64,000 nt of DNA. It comes from Phaeosaccion multiseriatum. Lineage: Eukaryota; Protista; Ochrophyta, other classes. Of the stretch, positions 58,038 to 64,000 are shown in pieces. Position 1 is the first letter of the stretch. Each line of letters begins with the position of its first letter. The stretch is from NCBI GenBank assembly GCA_965112735.1, contig OZ218959.1:558001-622000 (forward strand). The letters run 5' to 3'. A model generated the notes under the pieces. The model had not been told where the DNA came from. It saw nothing but the letters and a program-made list of their open reading frames with translations, and did not search any database. Both the position numbers and the translations under genes were made by a program.

Positions 58038-61000
58038 TCAATACTCATCTTCTGAGTCGGAGCCGTACTCGTCCTTCTTGTAACCCTGCTTCTTGGCCTT
58101 TTTCGGGGCCAAACACTCCCTCACGTACTTTTGAAGGTCTCTGAGCGTGGGCGTGTCCATGGTGTCTATATCAATCTCAATCTCGGCCTCCTCGTCCTTA
58201 TCGGCGTTTAGAGGCATCCGCTCCGCGATGATCTGCACCACTCTCGTCAGCTTCTCTGGGGGCAGCCTGTTGATGTCCAGTGACAGCTGCTTCTTCTCCT
58301 CAAAGTCCAGCTGCACCCCCTCCATGTCCCCATTGCCCGCTGCTCCGTCATCCTCCTCTTGCCCGGACATGATTCCCGCCGCGCCTCCCATGCCGCTCAT
58401 GTCCATACCCACTCCCGCTGTATGGCTGCCTGGACTGGGGAGACCCTGTCCGTGCGTCTGCTGCTGCAAAGAGAGAATGGTGGCCTGCATTTCCGCCATT
58501 TGTCGCTGCATCAGCAGAAGGGTAGCAGACTCGTCCGCCCCTCCCTTGGCACCAGCGCCCTTTCCGCCCCCCCTGGCGCCGGAGCTCCGCGCGCCCTTCC
58601 CGCCCCCGTTCCTCGCCCCCTTGCCTGCGCCCTTTACACCTATTGCCTTTCCTCCTCTGCCCCCTCCTCCATCCACCTCATGCTCCCCGATTGCGTCTAA
58701 TGCCCCATCCTCTGACATCAGGAAGCCTCCCTCGCTGCTGCTTCGACTAGCCCCCAGGCTAGCCACGGAAAACTTCTTCCTGTCCATCGCCCCAGTGAAA
58801 GTCCCCCCACCGGCGCTCTGAGCCCTGCTGAGGCCTGCCGCGCCCCCCTCGCCGCCGAGCCCCAAGTTGGACGAGCTCTTCTTCTTCTTGAACTTGCCCG
58901 CGGCCCTTTGCGCGGTGGCCAGCTTCCTGTCCCTCTCCTCCCGCTCCCTCTTCACCCTCCCTTCTCGCTCGTCCGCCTCCCGCCTCCTTGCCAAGCTGGT
59001 GCTTAGCGCCAAATACTTTTCCTCGAATACGCTTTGCAGGTCTCTGGCGCTCTCGTTCACAACGTTCCTGGGGTCTGGTGTGTACTTTATGGCATTGCTA
59101 AACACCCTCCGAGTCTCCTCGGCAAACTCCTCGACAGTTTCATAGGCGCCAGTGTCTAACTTGCGTTTGACCATGCCAAAGTCAATCGGGTCCTTGATGA
59201 CGATGAGGTAGTCTGGGAACTTGGTGTGGTCCACAGGAAAGTTGAACCAATGGCTCTTGTCCTTCACAGACATGAGTCTCTTCAGCAGCACTTGGCACTG
59301 CTTCAGAGACTCGGGCAGCTTCACTGGCTTTGAGTCTTCGAGGAGGTGAGATGGCGTTCGGGAAATGCGTCTCCGAAGTAACCCTAGTCCCCCCCCCTCC
59401 TCCCCCGCTCCTGCCAGCTCCCCCGTAGGCCCAGCGCCCACACCACCAGCGCTACTCTCCGGAGCAGCCCCAGCCAAGCCCGGCCCAGCAGCTCCCACTA
59501 GCGGCTGCTTCTTGTGCGACACCTTGACCTTCTTCTCCCCCCCCACCCCCGTCGACTGCACCGAGGAATTGGCCCGTTTCCGTGAGCCCCCTCCCCTCGG
59601 TGCTTTTGTAGTCAGGTCGTACTGACGGTACAGCTCAAGGTCCATGCTTCGCGAGACGGTGCCCGATACCTGACGAGAGGGGATGAGCAACAGGTAGCAC
59701 CGGCGGGGTGGAGGTGGTGGTGGTGGGGATGGGATGGGCGTGATGAGCTGTCAAGAAATAGAAAGCCCGACCGCAACGGCGCTCAGCGTCCAAGAAGGTC
59801 AGTTGCGCACAGGCACAGTATGACCTACAGCAAACCAATGCCGCACCTGGAAGGCTCCGTACTGATTTCTCCCCTTGCCGCAGCAATTCCAGAAGCCGTG
59901 CAAGTTTCTGGTGAAGGTGAGCGAAATCTCCTTCTCATGCACCTCCAGCTGGGGCTTGCCAGGCTGCTTTACAATGAAGAACCCCGTATACAACCCGCTC
60001 ACAAGCACCTCCCCCAACCCTGCTTCCGCTGGACCCCCCACGGAAGAGCCCCCCACCCCTGTCCCCACCACAGCCCCGCCAGCAGCAAGCGCCGCGTTCT
60101 CCTTGGCAGCCGCTGCTGCAATCTCTGGAGTAGGCGCGGAGAAGCCCTTCCCCACGGCCTCGACGAGGCGGTACTCAAAGAGGCTGGTGTCGTCTGGTGA
60201 CGCCGACTTGTGCGCCTGTACTGTGGACCCCCATCGCCCAAAGCACTTGTGGCCAACCACCTTACCCCGCATGTACGCCGTAAACACTTTCCGCGGGGGG
60301 AGAGGGGGGCCGCTGGGCCCCGACGATGGAGGTTGCTGTGCCTCGGGGACCACGACTCCAAGCGGCGGTTCAGGAGGTACCTTGATGCGGAAGGTGGCCT
60401 TCCCCTTCCTCGTGTGCGACATATCCGCACCACTGCTTTGAGCTGGACCGTCCTCTCTGGCGCTCTGCTGCTCTTCTACTTCGTCTGCTGTCTCTGGTGG
60501 TGGCGGGGCTATACGTTGTGGCACGCTGACTTGACCTAAACCCCCGCCCCCCTCGTCTTCGTCCCCTTCCCGTTCCCGCGACACCTCCGCCTCCGCCTTC
60601 TTCTCCTTCTCCCTTTCCTCCTCCTCCTCCTCATCCTCGTCGTCCCTACCCCCTTCCTCCGAATCGCTGTCCGAACTCGTACCCGAGGAATTGTCCTCCG
60701 TCTCTATTGCTGTTTTTGGAGCGGCCCCACCTATACCCCCGGTGTCATCAACACCACCATCGTCGGGCGGCACGGGCTGTGCAGGCGGCAGGGGCTGCGG
60801 CGACACCCTGCCTCCGTCCTGCTCCTCCCCCACTTCCCTTGAATTGTCTCCGTTATGGTGTTGGACAGCTGCCTCTGCCTCCTGCTCTGGTGCCCTAACG
60901 ATTTCCCCATTGCTGACAACTCTGTCCTTCCCCTTGTCCTTCTCTCCTTCCACCGCCGCCGCCGGTTTGGGGGTAACACTGCTCCACTTCGGAGGATGCC

Positions 61001-61422
61001 CGTTCGGTAGCTCCTGCCCCCGCCGATCACCCTCACCGGCCAGGCCACTACAATTTGCCTTGACACTACTGGTGGGCGACGCCTTGGAGAATGGCGTTGG
61101 GTTCCCCGCAGGCGTCGGCAAGCGTACTGGCGACCCATTCGCATTCCCACTGCCACCGCTATCGTCCCCCAAGGATATTAGGAAAGAAAGGAGAGGGCGG
61201 GGGCGAAGAACAACTGAGCGAGGAGCATGGACGGAGGGCGGGTCGGCAGCGGGGATGGGAGCATTTGAAAAGCCTCGGTAATTACCTGCTGCTCGTCGCC
61301 GCCAAGTGTTCCATCTTACTCCTTGCCCGCACGGCGGCAGGCCCCTCCCCCATCAGCCCAGAAACAGCCCCCTCCGCTAACGCGACCATAGCAGCACTGG
61401 CAAGCTCCTCCTCAGCGTTCAT
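58038..61422 (-). CDS. BET/GTE-type bromodomain + ET domain protein
   Basis: Bromodomain WFNFPVD...[21 protein letters not shown]...VFSNAIKY; ET domain [25 protein letters not shown]...[21 protein letters not shown]. The start is inferred. Confidence 0.85.
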
Positions 61423-61833
61423 GGGGGGAAGACCGCAGCCGCCCTTTCGGACAAGGTGAGGATCCCAACTCCCATCCACTGCTGCTGCTGTTTCCCTCTG
61501 CTGCTGCTGCTGCTGCTGCCGCAGCCGCTGCTGCCGCACTCTTCTGGCTTCTTCTTTGCCCCCCTCTTTGCTGTGTGTGTCCGGAAAAGGGCAATCGGGT
61601 TGTGGGAGGCGACTTGGGGCAAAAACCTAACCACCTGGGAATTTACCTAACCACCTGGGCATTTTACCCCAAAAAAAGCCTTAGTAAGTGGAGGGAGGCA
61701 AGAGAGAGAGGTTGAGATGGGGCCACACACTCATGGGACCAATGGCCTCGACAGGGAGACGAAAGAGGGGGCCTGATTCGGGACGATAGGGGAAGGCGAA
61801 CGACTCGCTCTCCTGCCCCTGGACAGCGCGGGG

Positions 61834-61844
61834 ATGAATCCACC

Positions 61845-61876
<32 letters not shown>

Positions 61877-62778
61877 GAGGAGGAGGAGGAGGAGGAGGAG
61901 GAGGAAGAGGAGGAGAAGCTGGATCAGGAGGAGGCCAGATGAACGACGAGGCTTTGCTCCAGCAGCAGGAGCAGCAGCAGCGGCAGCGGCAGCAGCAGCA
62001 GCAGCAGCAGCAGCGGCAGCCTGGGACAGAAGGAGAAAGATACGAAAGGCAACAACAGCCGATCTACGCCCAGGCAACGCGTGATCCTGCTGCTCAGCAG
62101 CAACCCCAGCAGCAGAAGCAGCAGCAGCGGCCGAGGCCACCCCCCCAGTACCAACCGCAGCATCAAGCGGCCCCTCCGCACGCTCTCCACGCCCGTGTGA
62201 ATGCGGTGCTGGGGGTGTGCCCCGGCCTGCGCCAGCCTTTCCAAGATATCGTCGACAATTTGGGGCTGCTGGAACACAGTGTAGGTCTGGCTGAGACGAA
62301 GATCATGCAGGTAGGAAGGATAAAGAGAGAAAGTACGTTCACGCTCGAGACAGAGATTACAGTCACGCTCTAAACCCCTCCTTCCTCCCTTCCCTTGCTT
62401 CGCAGCTGAAAAGTATGCACGACGATGGGCTGCGAAGGTACCTGACCGATCTTGGGCACCGGTACCCCAAGATCGGGGCCACAGTCGCCAATATGCTCCA
62501 ACAGCCTGTGGCCTACATGATCAACTTCGCGGTGAGCTACGAGATCCACTTTGCGCTGATCATGGCCAAGACCCAGGCAGAGCGAAGGAGGGGGGGGCAG
62601 CAGCAGCAGCAGCATCAGCAGCAGAATCAGGGGGCCGGGGGAGACGGACTGTATCACCCCCGTGCAAGGCCCATGACGCAAATGGGAGCGACGGCAGGGG
62701 GCTCGGCCGCAGATGCCATCGCGCTGGATGACGATGACGACGACGCGGGAAGGGCTGGGGGAGGAGGGATGTATGGGT

Positions 62779-62819
<41 letters not shown>

Positions 62820-64000
62820 GAGCAACATCGCTTGTTCCAGCTGGAACAGTTGCGGGCCATGCAGCAGCAGACCGGCTTTGACCCTTCGGGAAAGCGCGTT
62901 CTACCGGGGGAGGGGAGCATGAGAGGAGGGGTAGACAAGCGCCCTCGGACCATGAATGAGTATGCTACGGGAAGAGGCGGGGACGAGGGCGATGAGCGGG
63001 CTCCGGGGACAGTCATCTTCTCCATTTTTAGCGAGTCGGCGTTCACTGTCAAGGTCCGTAAGCCTGCGCCCGCCTCCATCATGACGTACGTCAAGCTCAC
63101 TCCAGGGGCGATTTTGAAGGACGGGCGGTGGCGTATTCCGCTTAGCAGCTACCGCAATCTCTTGGGCGCGGTGTCTAATGTGAGGGGGGCGAGAGTCATC
63201 AACATCCCGGAGGAGGTGCTCAAGGTGCTTCTCCTGAAGAGCAGCCCTGGGCCAGAAGAGGGGGGAGAGGGAGGGGAGGGGGGGGAGGGGGAAGGTGGAG
63301 AAAATGCAGCAGAAGCAGCAGAAACAGCAGAAGGAACAAGACTAGAGGGCCAAGGGGAGGGACAGGGAGAGGGGGTCAAGGGCAAGGGCAAGAAGGGCTT
63401 GACGGCAGAGGAGCTTGTGCGGCAGCATGTGCCCAAGAAGCTGGCCGACGCCCTGGCGCCCTTTCAGAGGGAAGGCGTGGCCTTTGTCATCCGGCAGAAG
63501 GGTAGAGCACTCATCGCCGATGAAATGGGGCTCGGCAAGACCATCCAGGCCATTGCGTGCGTCGCCGCCTACTGCCCGGGCGACTGGCCCGTGCTGGTCA
63601 TCGCCCCCTCCTCTGCGCGCTACCACTGGGAACACGAGATGCTCACCTTCCTGGAGAGGGACATGCTCAAGCCTGAGGACGTACACGTGGTGTGCACAAG
63701 CAAGGGGGGGCTGCCCAAGAAGGCCAGGGTGCGTGTGTGTGTTTAGTTGCCCGTCGTGAAGTGAGAAGAGAAAGGACGAGGGCGTTCCCTCAAAAGCACA
63801 CAACCCTCCTTGCCTTCCCTGCCTTGCCTTACTTTCCTTCCGCTGCAGGTGGTTGTGACCTCGTACGATCTTGTGAGTCGCTTGAAGGACGACATTATGG
63901 CCTTCGGTTTCCACACTGTCGTGGCAGACGAGAGCCACTACCTCAAGAACATGCGAGCCGCACGCACCAAGGCCGTGCTGCCCATCATGGCAGAAGCCAG
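61834..64000 (+). CDS. SNF2-family annealing helicase, SMARCAL1/ZRANB3-like (runs off the window)
   Basis: LAPFQREGVAF...GRALIADEMGLGKTIQAIA...WPVLVIAPSS; VVVTSYDL; VVADESHYLKN. HARP-like segment GRWRIPLSSY upstream. Confidence 0.88.

Overview
Eukaryotic, intron- and microsatellite-rich DNA, most likely from a flagellated photosynthetic stramenopile (ochrophyte alga; this is an inference). Most of the window holds ordinary spliced genes: the 3' end of an NCS2 purine permease, IQCA1/DRC11, VTA1, an RFWD3-like gene, an LPMO with two hevein domains, ATG9, a RAB5IF-like gene, an unknown IQ-motif protein, a signal-peptide-bearing proteasome beta3, a very large cNMP-kinase-PP2C fusion, a BET bromodomain protein and the start of a SMARCAL1-like gene. 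It also holds a decayed Ty3/gypsy integrase and several MITEs. The outstanding feature is at ~3.8-10.3 kb. A degenerate LRR N-cap is followed by ~43 single-LRR exon cassettes (mostly 72 nt, all phase 1) packed on BOTH strands in eight 591-745 bp higher-order units. The introns share a short palindrome (ACGCGAAC-N1-3-GTTCGCGT). Both kinds of strand-switch junction (donor+donor and acceptor+acceptor) fall in that palindrome, and one exon swap maps next to it. This is the pattern expected of a shufflon-like exon inversion/shuffling system for a candidate immune LRR receptor. No recombinase or effector domain is visible in the window, and ongoing activity is not demonstrated.
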